In this document: piece by piece, positions 26,211-39,597 of the stretch
How the letters are laid out: the number at the start of each line of letters is the position of its first letter
Position numbering within the stretch: position 1 is the first letter of the stretch
From: Squalus acanthias
Lineage: Eukaryota
Direction of reading: 5' to 3'
NCBI GenBank assembly: GCA_030390025.1
Contig: CM059425.1
Coordinates: forward strand, 174,842,001 to 174,906,000
Length of the DNA: 64,000 nucleotides
The notes under the pieces: generated by a model
Database searches by the model: none
The model's input: only the letters and a program-made list of their open reading frames with translations
Told to the model about the DNA's origin: nothing
Position numbers and translations under genes: made by a program

Positions 26211-26960
26211 ATTAAAGGCTTGAAATTGAATGCAATTTCACTGAACTTAATAGACAATGATTAAAGGCTTTTAGATTTTTCAGAAAATTTGCAGTAATAT
26301 TCACTAATACAGTGTTATCAACTTATTTTTAAATTTTCCATAGCTGGGGCAGCTTGGACTGGGTTTTACTTTCAGCATTGTTTTTTGTGGTTCTAAAGAA
26401 TTCAACAAAAGCTATTTGCTGTCACAAAAATTTACAGTGTGTAAAATGGCTTCAGCATTATCAGTAATCAGTAGGTAATATACAACTACTGTATATTGTG
26501 CATTTTTATAGCACTGATGATGTCAAATAATGTCTGAGTGCTTTGCAAAGGAGGGGGCAGGAAAAACACTGATCAAGGCCAAAAATACAGCCAGAGATAT
26601 GTTTTTAAAAAGTCTTTTGAAGGAAGGGAGCAAGATAGAAAAATGTTTTTGGAGAGAGTTCCAAAGAGCAGAGACATAGATACATAGAAATACAAAGATG
26701 TTCGAACACAAAAACCGGCTGGTTGGCTCAACCAATCCGTGTTGACTTGCCCTCCACGTGAGCAAATAGTTCTCACAACATTTCCCATATTGTTTCAATC
26801 CCTTTTCCTTCATCTACCTAGTCAATCTAATCTTGCATTTAAAACAATTCTATTATATTGCCCTTAAATCAGCATCGTTCTAATCAAAAAAAAATCAAGT
26901 CCGTCTTCATATTTGCATTGCCGCATGCTAGATAGTATCCCAGTGAATCTGCATTTTATC

Positions 26961-27119
26961 TAGTGTTCTCTTTAAGCTGCGCGGCCTGGCAGAGTTCTGG
27001 AGCGCCCGTGCAGCCAGCTCACCAGCTTTTAAATGGGAAAAACGGCACATGCGCGGTATTTTGAATGGGCAGCGCAGTAAAGGGGCTGTGCACCCAAAAA
27101 AAAATTAAAGACAACATTG
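26961..27119. mobile_element. hAT MITE
   Basis: Ends tagtgttctctttaa / ttaaagacaacattg; 8-bp TSD attttatc / attgtatc. Related to 37213-37354. Confidence 0.75.
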
Positions 27120-29574
27120 ATTGTATCCCCCTCTAAAACCTCAATATCCTTCCTATAGTGTGACTCCAATACTGTATACAGTAATCCAACTGAGATCATA
27201 TTAAGGTTTTTTGTCAGCTCATCATTACCTCTTAGTTTTATATTCTCTACCTCGTGATGAAACCAAGAATTCTATTAGCTTTTATTGCCCATTTTTAATT
27301 GTTGCCACCTTACATCTTTTTCTCTTTTATCTGTCTTGAGTCTCAGCATTCTTATTGTATGAGTTTATCTGTCTCCTTGCTAATTGGAGTATCTGTGGAT
27401 TTGTATTTGCTCTCTTAGCTTTCTTCAGCTTTTCTTTTATCTTTTTCTTGCCAGTCACCCGACACTGTCTGACTACAAACACACTTCTCTCGGAGATTGC
27501 ATCCAACATACTGACGCACAAAACAAAATTGTGAAAATACTTTTTTGTTCCATCTATCTTTGTATCTATCTATCTTTCTTTGTAAACATCTATCTTTGTA
27601 AATATCTGCCTATCTCTTGATTTATTATGATTCGGTGAACGTGGTGTCTGAATTGTCACAATTGTGCACTCCCTGGTTGTTTTATTTCTCAAAACCAGCC
27701 ATATTTCACAAGCTGTAAAAAAAAAAAAACCCCAACAATCTAAAACCACAGATGACAGAAAACCAACCAATCATATTTTCACACCAAAAACTCAATGAAA
27801 TAACAACTTCTTTGTTAGATGCTACTTCTGGTAAAACCAACCAATAAGATTATTGGAAAAAAAATTCCAACCTGTTTTTGGCCACTAACAGTTTATGTTC
27901 CACTCCTCTATTAATCCTCTGCCCCAGGCCTCCATCCCAAAGGTCACTCTTGAATTTCCTTCTTTTATGCACAGCGACTGGGTCTGATTAATATGAGTTC
28001 AGAAATATTTCCTGCCAGGACCAGGATTTCCATGCAGTTAACATTTTCTTTTTGCCAGGCTGCATTCTAGTTCTGCCTTTATAACTGCACGGGCTCGATG
28101 GGCCGAATGGCCTCCTTTTGTGTTGTAACCATTCTAATGATTCTGCTTTCGCACTACTGGCATGAGGCATGTCCCAACTTCTCTGCTCCAGGCTCTGGAT
28201 ATTACAAAACTTTCCCAAACCAGGTCTAGCGATTCCTTTCGCTGAGCTGAATAATAAAAGGATTCGGCTGAATTTGAGGGGAATTCAGCAGGACACAAAC
28301 TTCAGGCCTGGCCCCAAGAGAAAAAGCGCTGTGACCATGCCATAATCCCAGCTGGCTTTTACCCAGCAACCAATCAACCCAGCTGTACTTCAGAATTTCA
28401 GTCAGGGGGGAGAAGGGGCTGTGGGGGTTATTTAAACTGTGGAAAGCTCAGTGTCACATGGCTAAAAGATATTAACAGAAAGGAGGTAGAAACTTATTTT
28501 GCAACAATAACTTGCATTTATATACCTTGAATAGAAATAGTTTCAAGGCGCTTCACAAAGGCTTAATCAAAAACAAGTTTAAAGAGATAAATAGATAAAT
28601 GTGGTATTGCCCCCACCCCCCCCTCAAGTGGTGGTTTTAAAACAAGTGGAGAAGCATTTGGGGGGGTTCCACCAACTCACTGAAAGTAATCTGACATTTC
28701 CCTGATGGAGGAAGAGAATATGGAGCAGTTCAGCCAAGCAGTGCTGAAATATTATTTGTATGGTAAATCTCTGAGGTTTGGCTCACAGTTCTTACTACCA
28801 GTGCATTAAGATGCTGCAATAAACTTTTTTAGAAATAGCAAAATATTATTTATTAAGATCCAGAGAGTTCCAGTTGAATTAATGTGCCTGGTGTCTTGGA
28901 TGTTGCACATTTATGATTTTATAATAGGTTCTTGCAAAATTAAACTCAATTAGAAAAAGTAGTTTTTATGTTGCAAGTGAGCCAAACTACTGCATAAATA
29001 AAAACAAATTGTTTGTGGCATTGTCTGTTCCCATCCTGTCTGGGTCCTCCACTCCATTCTTCCTGCGGCCCAACTGCTTCCTCCTAACCCTGCTCCATCA
29101 CCCAATTGTATTCCATGAAATTAAGTACAGATGATGGAAGCCATTTGTCCAATCTAGCTCATTGTTCAATAGAAACCTATTGTCTCCCCTTCCCCCATCA
29201 AGATTCAACTGTCTACTAGAGTACTCAAACGACCATGCCAGGTATTAATTACTCTCTGCATGTAGAAGTGCTCCATAAAATTGCCTTTTACCAGGTTATA
29301 CCTATGTCCCCTTATTCTGCAGTCGTGATTTAACTAGGAATAGTGCTTCAGATTAATCTTTTCTATTCCACTTGGTATTTTATATACCGCTGTAAGAGCT
29401 TCTCTAATTTGCCTTCTTTCAAAGCTGTCAGACTTTTTCTAGCCTTTCCTCACTCTCTTTCTTGCTCTTTCTCACTTGTCCTTCACACTCTGTCTCACGC
29501 TTTCACTCACTTACTCACCCACTCACTGTCACTTATTCTCACTCTTACTCTCGCACTCTCTCATTCTCTCAACA

Positions 29575-29882
29575 ACAACAACTTGCATTTTTATAGCACT
29601 TTTGACAGAGTAAAAACATCCCAAGGTGCTTCACAGGAGTATTATCAGACAAAATTTGACACCGAGCCACAAAAAGAGAAAGGGACAGGTGACCAAAGGT
29701 TTGGTCAGAGGTAGGTTATAAGGAATGACTTAGTGGAGAGTGAGGTAGAGAGGTTTAGAGAGGGAATTCCAGAGCTTAGCACCTAGGCAGCTGAAGGCAT
29801 AGCCGCCAATGGTGGAGCGATGAAAATCAGGGATGTGCAAGATGCCAGAATGGGAGGAGTGCAGAGTTCTTGAAGAGCTGGA
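29575..29882 (-). mobile_element. L2 3' fragment within a CT/CA-rich simple repeat region
   Basis: Homologous to 61735-62020. Flanked by ctcact-type repeats (29440-29570, 30150-30300). Confidence 0.8.
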
Positions 29883-29944
29883 GGGGCTCGCTCACTCACC
29901 TCACTCACGCACACTCTTCGGCTGTTTAGGGGTGATCTCAGGAA

Positions 29945-30152
29945 GCACTTCTGTAGTGGAAATCTGGAACTCTTCTGAAAAAGCTGTTGAGGCTAGGTCA
30001 ATTGAAAATTTCAAAACTGAGTTTGATAAATTTTTGTTAAGGGTATTAAGGGATGTGGAACCATGGCAGATAAATGGAGTTGAGATAGAGAACCGCCATG
30101 AATGGTGGAACAGGCTCGAGCAGCTGAATGGCCTACTCCTGTTCCTATGTTC
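29945..30152 (+). mobile_element. CR1 3' fragment
   Basis: Ends gaatggcctactcctgttcctatgttcct. Confidence 0.75.
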
Positions 30153-30705
30153 CTCTCTCATACAATCTCTCTCTCTCGCTCCTTTCTTACTAGCTCTCTC
30201 CCCCTCTTGCTTGCTCTCACTCATGCTCTCTCACACACTCATTCTCTCTTGCACACATTCACTCCCTCACTCTTTCTCCCTCTCACACTTGCACACACAA
30301 ATTAAGAAAATGCAGCAATACTTTTTGTACTAGTATTATATTTCTTCCACATATGCCAGCTTTTATTGTAATTTTGTTTGATATTGATTTGTATTTTTCA
30401 GTCATTATCTTGTTTTTCAAGATCTATGTAATGCATACATCGCATTCTTAATTCCCCAAATCTTATGCATTTTGTTTTTACCAGAGATCTGCTGCCCTCT
30501 GTTGGAATTCCAGTTTTAAGTACAGTTTTGGATGAAGTCATTTTGTTTCTCTGTCCAGTTGCAATTAAAGCATGGCTCTTGAGGTCAAAGTTGCCACAAT
30601 TCTATCTTACTCACTTTTCTACTGCTGAGAGGGTGTAATATGAATATTTCACTCTGTTTCAGAACTTTTGGCAGAATCCAGTATCCATTTGCCGGTATTG
30701 GGGGT

Positions 30706-30935
30706 AGGGTAACGTCGTGGTTTTGTTACTGGACTAGGATTCCAGAGGTCCAGAGTAAAAATCTAGAGAATGTGAGTTCAAATCGCACCATGGCAGATTG
30801 AGAATTTATTTCAGTTTTCTTTAAATTTGGAATTTTTTAATGGTTCACAAAGAATGTCCACCCCTTTCTCTGGGCAACTAGAGATGGGCATTAAATGCCA
30901 GCCTGGCCAGCAATGCCCACATCTAGAGAATTAAT
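30706..30935 (+). mobile_element. Second, internally deleted copy of the CR1-tailed SINE
   Basis: Head (gttactggactag...gagttcaaatcgcaccatggca) and tail (gggcaactagagatgggcattaaatgcc) match 4157-4550. Confidence 0.7.
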
Positions 30936-31307
30936 TTTTTTTAATTCGCAGCAGTTTCCAAAATCTGCTGTTTTAAACTTATAATAGACATGCTTGGATT
31001 ATAAATTTCTCTACTTACAAGCAGATATCGTGTTGTATTTTTCACAGTAAGTTGCATGGTACAGTCAGAATTATACAGTATAACATGAAGATGGAGCTGT
31101 GTTTAAGTTGTTTAGTCATCTTAAGATGACAAAGTCTAATTGCTATAAGTAAACATACCCTGAAATCACTCATTTAATTATTGTTTGATAAGGGAAGCTT
31201 TCAGATTGTTTGTCAAGAACGTATTTCTTTTTCTTGATGGAACAGTTTAGTTTCCATCAGTATATTTTTCTGAGTGTTTAAACCTAACTGGAAGGTGAAT
31301 TTGAATT

Positions 31308-31385
31308 AACAGCAGAAAATGCTGGAAACACTCAGCAGGCCAGGCAGCATCCGTGGAGAGAAACAGAGTTAACGTTTCAGGTCTG
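31308..31385. repeat. Single arm of the Penelope-type repeat
   Basis: cagaaaatgctggaaacactcagcagg...gagttaacgtttcaggtc matches 26024-26096. Confidence 0.8.
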
Positions 31386-31579
31386 GGCTTCTCCTGATTG
31401 GATCTCGTGTCAGTCACAACAAACCATCCCCTTCTTTATTTTGGGTCCAAATTCAGGTTTAGAAAAAAATTCTCTTAACAGAACAAACTATTTTTGAAAC
31501 TTTGAAGGTAATTTTTTCATATAAAGCTGCATAAATGATGAACTTTTGAGCATTTTATGGGGTCAGACTGATGACTGAA

Positions 31580-32120
31580 AAAGCAGTTAAAGGCGCCTGA
31601 CAGGTTGGAGGAAGAAACTAACAGGTAGTAGCACAGTGAGGGGAAGCTTGATGATCCAAAAGCGGCCAAGGGCAGTTCAGCCTTCACTCTCCTGGGACCC
31701 CTCTACCTCCTTCTTGAGACTTGCGGACTCTGCCTGACTTCCTCATTCTGTGAGACAACCCGCTCCAATCTTCCTAGGCCTGAAGCCCCTTCCCAGGACT
31801 TCCTGTCCATTCCCAGATCCTGGGACCCCACTAGCACTAATTCCAAAACCTGGGACCACCTCCGTGCTCCCAGACTCTGGAACTCTCTCTCGCTCTCCCT
31901 CCATGCTTCCAGATGCCAGGACACCTTCCAGTGTTTGCATGACTTTTTATGCAGTGTTGCTAGACCCTGGGACTCCTTGCAGTGCTCGCAGATCCCTGTA
32001 CCCTCAAACCCCATGCCACCTTCCCATTGCTTCCATACCCAGGGCTTCACTCAATGCTGATATGTTGTTGTCCCTGATGCTACGTTTTGACTCTCTTGGT
32101 ATTCCCCTTGAATACTAAAT
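31580..32120. repeat. Unclassified dispersed repeat, copy 1
   Basis: Start (ggccaagggca...ctcctggg) and end (ccaggg...caatgctgat) shared with 46060-46620. Confidence 0.55.
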
Positions 32121-35100
32121 ATGGATTTGGTTGCGCTTATTGGTTACGTTCTGTTGGCAAGTTATCATGTTGACAATAATGTAATATTCACAGTACATTA
32201 ATCTTGTGATTGTATAACAGTGCTGTATTTATTTTAAAAATTTATGTTTTCCTTCATTTACTACATTCACAGCTTTTGCTTTCTTTAAAGCTGTTTAATT
32301 TTTCTTTTGCAAATATAGTTTGTTCTGGTGCCACACCAACTGCATGCTGGGTAGAGCTGTGGGTTGAAGATTCTACCCTGCTATGAAAAACAGAATTGAT
32401 GTTGGGTCTCCCTCTGTGGAGAAGTTTAATGGGGAACCCAAGTCAAAGGACGAGCAAATTTTCTTCAACATACTGCTTCATTTTATAGTTAAAAAACATA
32501 TACTGCATCTGCAGTCTTTGGCATGGTTTTCTAGGTTGGGCAGCTCTCAGGCCAGTATAAAGTTGCAGTCAATGGAGCTGCTGTGGCATGTGTGGGAAGT
32601 TTTCTGGCAGTGATATCACAGAGCAGCATAGCAGAAAGAGGGCTCCAACTGTTGAGTTGTAGCTATATATCTTTTGTCTAGAGGACTACATTTAACAAAA
32701 ATTATCCCCTTAAGCTTTTCTTGCCGTTTAATAGACAGCCAGTGGAAAAAAGAGGGGAAATGACTTGATTTTATATGGCAAGAATGGTGACAAAATATTG
32801 TTTTATATTTTTTTAAATAAAATTAGCCCAACTAGTCTGTGCTCGTGTTTATACTCCACACGGATCCCCTTCTGTTTCATCTGCCTCATCTCAGCCTTTC
32901 AGTATATCCTTCTATTTCCTTTTCTCTCACGTACTTGTCTAATTTCCTTTTGAAAGCATCTAAGCTATTTGCCTCAACCACTTCCTGTGGTAGCGAATTA
33001 GTTCTAATGGAGGGTGCCGCCCAAATCAATTTCTACTCTGAAGGTTACCAATATTTGTGGCAAAGATTCAACATATGCAACTGCTGCAGAGGTTACCTTG
33101 GGAACAAGACTTCCAGCAAGCCTGCTGCCTCTCACTGAGCCCACAATTAAAAGTGGTTGTTCTGGCAAACCTACTGGCAGATCAGGAATTAATCACAAAT
33201 GTTGATTTTGTTATGCGTTTTGTTTAGCTGAAACTTATTAAAATAATCATTTAAAGATTTTACTTAGGTACACTGTTCTTTTTAACCTATTTTGACAATT
33301 TGGATGTTGCCAGTATTTATGAAATGACAATCGATTAGAAACAGGAGCATATTGCTTTGTATTAATTGTTGACGTTCAATAATTGGTACCTTGCATTATG
33401 TGTTGGTAATGTAGAACTAAGTTGAAATTTTGTGAAATCACTGAGAAAGTTCTGAAGTGAATGTAGTATTGTGTAAACAAAAAGAAAAATTGAATGCTGG
33501 AAACCGAAACAAAGGGAAAAAACAAGTCAACGTCTTGGGTGGGCCACCTCACCCAGAACACACACAATTGCTCAATTATCAGTTAAAAAAATCTGTTTTC
33601 TTCTAATTATTTATACTTGAAAAGAGACTAAGTAGGTTTTAATGTAGTAAAAGAATATTGAACCATAATTTTCATAGACTCCCAATTCCCAAGCGCAGCC
33701 TCTTTGCCTATCCTCAACCTCTCTAAGTTTACATAGATTCAAAATAAAATGTTTTTCATTCTATTTGATCAGATTTAGAAGTCTTTTTGGTCTTCCACAC
33801 AAGGATTCAAGACCAAGTACAGCTTTCAAGTCAAGTAGGGTTACAAAGTGGGGAATAATTGAACCGAAGGGGGAAGGGTGGGTGGAGAGGGGAGTTGGGA
33901 GAGGAAGGAATAGGTGGGTAGAAGGATGGGAGTGGGGGCAGGTCTGGCAAACTATCTCAGCAGGGGGAGGTGGGCTGGGGACTGCAAACAATTGTGGGGC
34001 AGGAGGCACATAGAAAGAACATGCTAGTGAACAGACTTGGGGTGGGGGGTTGGTATGGCAAACTGACTCGGCACCAAGGCGAGTCAAGTTGCTCAACATG
34101 GGGGTAAGGGGATGGTGGTAGGTAGACCCAAGGAACTAGCAACAGGGGGAGGGATGATCAAGGGCAAGAAGCTCTTGTGGGGGAGGGGTCGAGGGACCAA
34201 GAGTAGAAAGTTACCTTATATGGGGTGGGAAAGAAGAGCTAGCTGCTGGAAAACTATCTTAGTGAAGGCAATACCAGGAACCTTTGCCAGCTCAGCAGGC
34301 AGAAAGGCCAGTTTGAGGAGTGGATGATGAAAGATTGTCAGGGTCATTAATTGCTTTGGATTTACAGCCCATCATCCAAAGCATGGTGTAGCAGCATGTG
34401 GGTACTGGCCAGGGCTTGGTAAACAAAGTGCTTTCCAAAGGATTTGAGGGCTTGCTATATCTCACTGGTCGACGGCATCATTACTATAGTCCCTGATTCA
34501 AGTGAGCTTGGTGATGCTGCACCCTAATTTGTGGGCTGGAAGGTACATTTGGCTTTGGACAGGAGAGTTTGGCGGAGAGCTGAGTCAAAATAGAAATGGT
34601 GTCAGGGCCCAGTGGCTGCATTTCCACTGAGTTAATGTATTCTTGGGTGAGAAAATGTTTATCTAATGTCATTTGTTTAAATAGACAAAAATTGCAAGTG
34701 TGGAAAATTATAAAAGCAACTTGTATATTTGCACTGTTTGACAGTAATCTATTGCTTCAGAGCCAACCTTCGATCAGGATTTGTAATGGGATGGACAGTT
34801 AAGGGCTCAGTTTGCAGTAAGATTTTTACAAACTAAAGTTCTGTGCCAGTTTTTTTTAAATAGTGCACAACTCCATTATGGCACCACCTACATGCCACAT
34901 AGGTACTGCAGGAAAAATGTACACACTTAAAAAATAGCAAGATCCCATAGGGAAAGCTGGTATATGGAGTTTCCATTTATTTTGAAATGGAATACTGTGA
35001 CGCACTTAAACAATTTTAATATGATAGGTAATCGAATGTTCATGCTCTCTCCCAGGCAGTTTTCTGCCCTCTGCCTCTGGCCCTGCTGCTCTCCTGGTTC

Positions 35101-35424
35101 TGGCAGCAGCCCTGATGTTTCCTGCCTGCTTCCGGCACCTTACCTGCTGAACTTCTCATTCCCTGCATGGTTGCATTGTTTTCTGCCACCTGTAGCCCAC
35201 CTTTGGTGTCCAGTCATGCTCCTCATTCTGGTTCTGTCTTCTGGTTGTGGCTCCACTCTTCTGCTGCTAGTAGCCACAGCCTGATCTTTGTCTGTCTCCA
35301 GCCATGCTGTGGCCCACTCAACTGTGCCCCCAGCTCCCCAGTTGCCCTCTATTGCTGCACAAAAAAAAAATTAATGTTCTACCAGTTCTTTTCCCCTTTG
35401 CCAGGCCTCCCTGACCCAAAGAAA

Positions 35425-35733
35425 GAACTTGCACTTGTGTAGCGCCTTTCACAACCTCACGACATCCCAAAACACTTTACAGTCAATGAAGTACTTTTGA
35501 AGTATGGTCACTTGTAATGTAGGAAAAGCAGCAGCCAATTTTTACACAGCAAGCTCCCACAAACAGTAATGTGATAATGACCAGATAATCTGTTTTGGTG
35601 ATGTTGATTGAGGGATAAATATTGGCCAGGACGCAGGGGAGTTTGAGGAGAACTCCCCTGCTCTTCTTTGAAATACTGCCATGAAATCTGTTGCGTCCAC
35701 CTGAGAGGGTTTAACATCTCATCCGAAAGACCC
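35425..35733 (-). mobile_element. DeuSINE fragment
   Basis: Reverse complement of the SINE body and tail. Confidence 0.88.
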
Positions 35734-37212
35734 AAGTCACGTGAACCATCATCTGGGATGGTGTAGTTTCAGGGTTTCCTTCTGAACACAGAATCTTCTG
35801 AGTATTTAGTGATCCTGGCTGTATATTCCAGGTTGCATCTATTTTTGAGCTGCCTTTATGCAAGTTCTTACATGTATTTTGAAGCTTTACTCATTCCTTT
35901 TTGATTCAACCCTGTTCAAAGTATGTTTTATGTTTGGATGGGACAGTGGCGAAGTATTCTGATGCCGCAGTTTGATAATGTTTACCCCAACTGAAAATCT
36001 GAAGTTTTAGTTAATTTACATGTGGGTGAAGTATTCTCAGATGATTTTCAATTTGCTTTTTTAAACTCATTCTTTTACTGAACTGCATGAAATAGAGCAT
36101 TGATTCCAGAATACACAGATTACATTTTTTGGGGTATTTTTACAAAAAGTTCTCAAGAATATATTTTTATTCTGCAATTTTTTTTTGGTTTCTGTTTGAA
36201 TCATCACTAGCTGATAAATCTCACCTGAAGAAAAGGTGTTACTAAATGCTCAATTAAACAGAAGGGCCACAGGCATGGTGGTTCAAAACAATCGAAACCA
36301 ACAGGATGTCATGGAAAAATTGGGATGAAAGCTCTTCTGCAAGTACTTCAGTCAAATTCAAAGTGCAGTTGGTGGTCGTGTCAGTCAGGATACCTTTTGA
36401 TGCTAAATCAAAGAAATTATGTTAAAAGAATATTTTACCCTTTAGGCAAAATAATACTTTCCATTTACTGTGCAGAATCTCAACTATAATGCATTTTCCA
36501 AAATAAGTAATTGAAATAACTGGCAATCATATGTGCACTTATCTTTATTTAGCATTATTTCTACATAGAGTATTTCAGCATTTTCTTCTGTTGAAGTTTC
36601 ATTTTAAAATTAGTTGATCATCTGTGGTGCTGCTCACAGTAAGTTAGATGACTGCCCCATATCCACCTCTGTCTTTTGAGGGCCTCCTCTGTTCCCCTCT
36701 GTCATAATCCCTTTATCCTAACTTTCTTGCCGTAAATTTATCCCTTTTCTGTCGATGCCCATTTCTGTGCTTTCCCATGTCGCCTCTTGATGCCCTCATA
36801 TCCCCCTTTCCCGCTGCTCCTTTATTCCCTCTTTTGCTGCCTCCTGTTTATGCGTATGCCCCTATTCCCCCTTTCTTGCCAGTACACTGTGTCTCTTAGT
36901 CCTGAAATGGCAGCATTGCAAGGCACAAGCAGGTGAAATGTTGGCAATGCGAGGCCCATGGGGGCCAAAATAGCTTTGCTGGAGGCACCAATTGGGGTGA
37001 CGCAGAAAAACCTGTTACGGAGCAAACATTGAGTTTAAAAAGTAAGACACTTGACTACCCACAACAGAATACCAAGATGTCTGAGAGAATGGAAGCTGAG
37101 AAAGTAAAACAAAAACTGCTTGTAGTCTTAAAGTAGTTAAAGCAGGGGTGGGCAATTATTTAGTCTGGAGCGCCACATAACAAGTTTTGGTCAGCTGTTG
37201 GGGGCCGCACAC

Positions 37213-37354
37213 CAATGTTTCCCCTAAGGTGCGCGGTCACGCGCCAATCGCGAGGTCCTTCGCAGGCCACTCACCAGCTCCTGCCGCTGGAAGAGATACT
37301 GTGCATGCAGATTTAAAGAGACCGCGAACGAAAAATAAATTAGAGGGAATATTG
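37213..37354. mobile_element. hAT MITE nested in the larger hAT
   Basis: Ends caatgtttcccctaa / ttagagggaatattg; TSD ccgcacac / ctgcagac. Confidence 0.7.
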
Positions 37355-38046
37355 CTGCAGACATAAAATGAATTGTGTTAACAACAGCTGCCGTAAAATT
37401 TTGTTATGGCATTTATAGTATAAAGAACCCTTCATGTTGTTTCCACACTTACTCATAAACCTGTTGTTGTTTTTTATTAACATTGAAAAGCGCACGGTCT
37501 GTTTATCCAAATGGTCTAAAATCCAATGTTATATTTGAAAATGAGGCATCGATACTGCTTCCACTGGCATTTACAAACAAGGTATAAGGCACAATCAAGG
37601 ATAAAATCATTTATACAACCTTTAAAAATTGCACGTGAAATTGCTGCTTTGATGCTTTTGAAACCTTGCTAAGAAATAATTAGGTGACTCGGAAAATGAT
37701 TTATATCGCACGTTGTGTCCCAGATCAGCCATCAGATTGGGCTTGTCCATTGTCAACGTATTATCACTCCTAAGAAAAACCAAGACGCCTATAGAGTTTG
37801 CGGACTTTCACTTGGGAATGGGCACAAGTAATGTACCATTATAATACACACTTCTTCCCCGTGTCCTATTTATTACTGGGACTGGCCAACGACATAAATC
37901 TCTACAATCCTCTTCCAGTCATGCAATAAACTTAAGTTGTTCGTGGTATGATGAAAAAGGGATTAAATTAAAAACAGTGAATGCAATGTCCAATATACCC
38001 AGGTCCATTTAGTTATGCCTCCACTATACTAATTAGGTGGAATAAC

Positions 38047-38228
38047 AAGAAAGAAAGACTTGCATTTATATAGCGCATTTCACGACTATCGAACGTCTCA
38101 AAGCGCTTTACAGCCAATGAAGTACTTTTGGAGTGTAGTTACTGTTGTAATGTAGGAAACGCGGCAGCCAATTTGCGAAAGCAAGCTCCCACAAACAGCA
38201 ATGTGATAATGACCAGATAATCTGTTTT
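38047..38228 (-). mobile_element. DeuSINE 3' fragment
   Basis: aagaaagacttgcatttatatagcgc...atgaccagataatctgtttt. Confidence 0.9.
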
Positions 38229-38481
38229 AATATTAAACGAGTGAATAATTGTGCAAGAATTAATAACTCCACTGACAAGTCATTGGTGAGAGCAAAGTGT
38301 TAAATTGGTGAATTTTAAACAGGCCAACTCATAGTGTTGATCATCACTCCCACTTCTACCCTCCCAATAATTTATAAACATAAATTCAGATAATAGTCAG
38401 ATACTATTCTAAATACGCAAAATGCGGTGTAACATAGTAAAATCTTCCGTTACTAAATGAATGAAATGATCGATCGATATT

Positions 38482-39235
38482 GGGCCAGAAATTCGGGTCT
38501 CCATGGGTGAGTACGCGCTGTGTACTCACCCGTAGACCCAACGAAAGTGCCGGTTTCGCGCATGCGCTGGAAACCGGAACTTCCGTTCCCTTGAAGGAAG
38601 GGGTTCGGAGGTCAAACGCGTGCACCGGAGAGGCAGCGCGCGCGCATCGGACTTCCGTTTTTTTTTCAGGTTTCTGTGTGAGGGTAAGTCCCCAGCAGCT
38701 GCGCGGGGAAAAAGCAGGCGAAAGGCCTGCTTTTAACAAGGTAAGTGGTGAATTAAATAAAATTTAAACATTTTTTCCACAGGTTTATCTTTTTTAAATA
38801 CTTTAAAGAAAGGTAAGTTTATTTTTAGCCCTGTTAAAAACTGTAATTAATTTTTTTCAAAAATTTAAATTTTTGTTTAAAATAGTTAATTTATATAATT
38901 TAGTTATTTTAAAAAAAGTGATGTTTTTAAAAAAAATTATTTGACGTTTTAGTTAGGTTTTGGGGCCGATCTCTATTCATAGATTTGACAGGTCTTCCTG
39001 TCAAATCTATGAATGGAGATTCCCTGCTCTGATTGGCTCTCCATGGCCCACGTGATCCCAGGGGACGCTTCGAACTAACTGCGCCCCTGGGATACGCAAA
39101 CACTGCACACCGGCAGCTGGAGGAGGCCCAGGATCGGAATCCCACGCAGGCCCACAGCACAACGGCAGGCGCGCTAGGTAAGTGCAGGTTGGGGGCTTGC
39201 ACCCGCGGGAAGCCTCCGATCTGAATTTCTGGCCC
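38482..39235. mobile_element. MITE, PIF/Harbinger-like, copy 2
   Basis: Perfect 13-bp TIR GGGCCAGAAATTC / GAATTTCTGGCCC with flanks att/ata. Homologous to 24545-25262. Confidence 0.9.
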
Positions 39236-39383
39236 ATAGCATATGTTATACTGCAAGTCTATGTGGCTGTTTGGCAGAGAGGTTCGAGTCTGCGGGGCCT
39301 CCGATGCGGTGTTCTCTTTTTAGTGTGCTGAGTATGGGATCCCGAGGCCTCCCAAGTCCTGAACTACAATCGTGGGCCATTAC

Positions 39384-39528
39384 TTGGAGTTCTTGTGCTC
39401 TGGGATCCACGCCCATGTCTAAGACAGCGATGAGAACCCCCCTGCCATCATACTCTGGGTAACGGGAGAGGAAAGACGCAGCACTGGTCTCTTTCTTCGG
39501 TAAAAGAGTCATCGAGATGAGCAGCCAT
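39384..39528 (-). pseudogene. TPP2: Tripeptidyl-peptidase II exon 1 fragment, frameshifted
   Basis: gtcATGG start encodes MAAHLDDSF. After a frameshift it reads [41 protein letters not shown] then GTAATG. Recalled human TPP2: [41 protein letters not shown]. Confidence 0.92.
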
Positions 39529-39564
39529 GACTCAACTCTAAAATAGATAGGGCATAGTCGAGTA

Positions 39565-39597
39565 CGCAGTGCATTCTGGGTACGGACCTCCGCCATT
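39565..39597 (-). promoter_or_regulatory. ZNF143/Staf-like and YY1-like motifs upstream of the TPP2 ATG
   Basis: Minus strand reads AATGGCGG (39597-39590) then TACCCAGAATGCACTGCG (39582-39565). Confidence 0.6.

Noticed and set aside
37360..38040. hAT transposase remnant inside the hAT element
   Set aside because: No convincing motifs could be read; it may be captured intron sequence.
39246..39596. 116-aa ORF as a functional TPP2 gene or retrocopy
   Set aside because: The true start is out of frame, homology ends at the exon 1 donor, and there are no later exons or poly-A.
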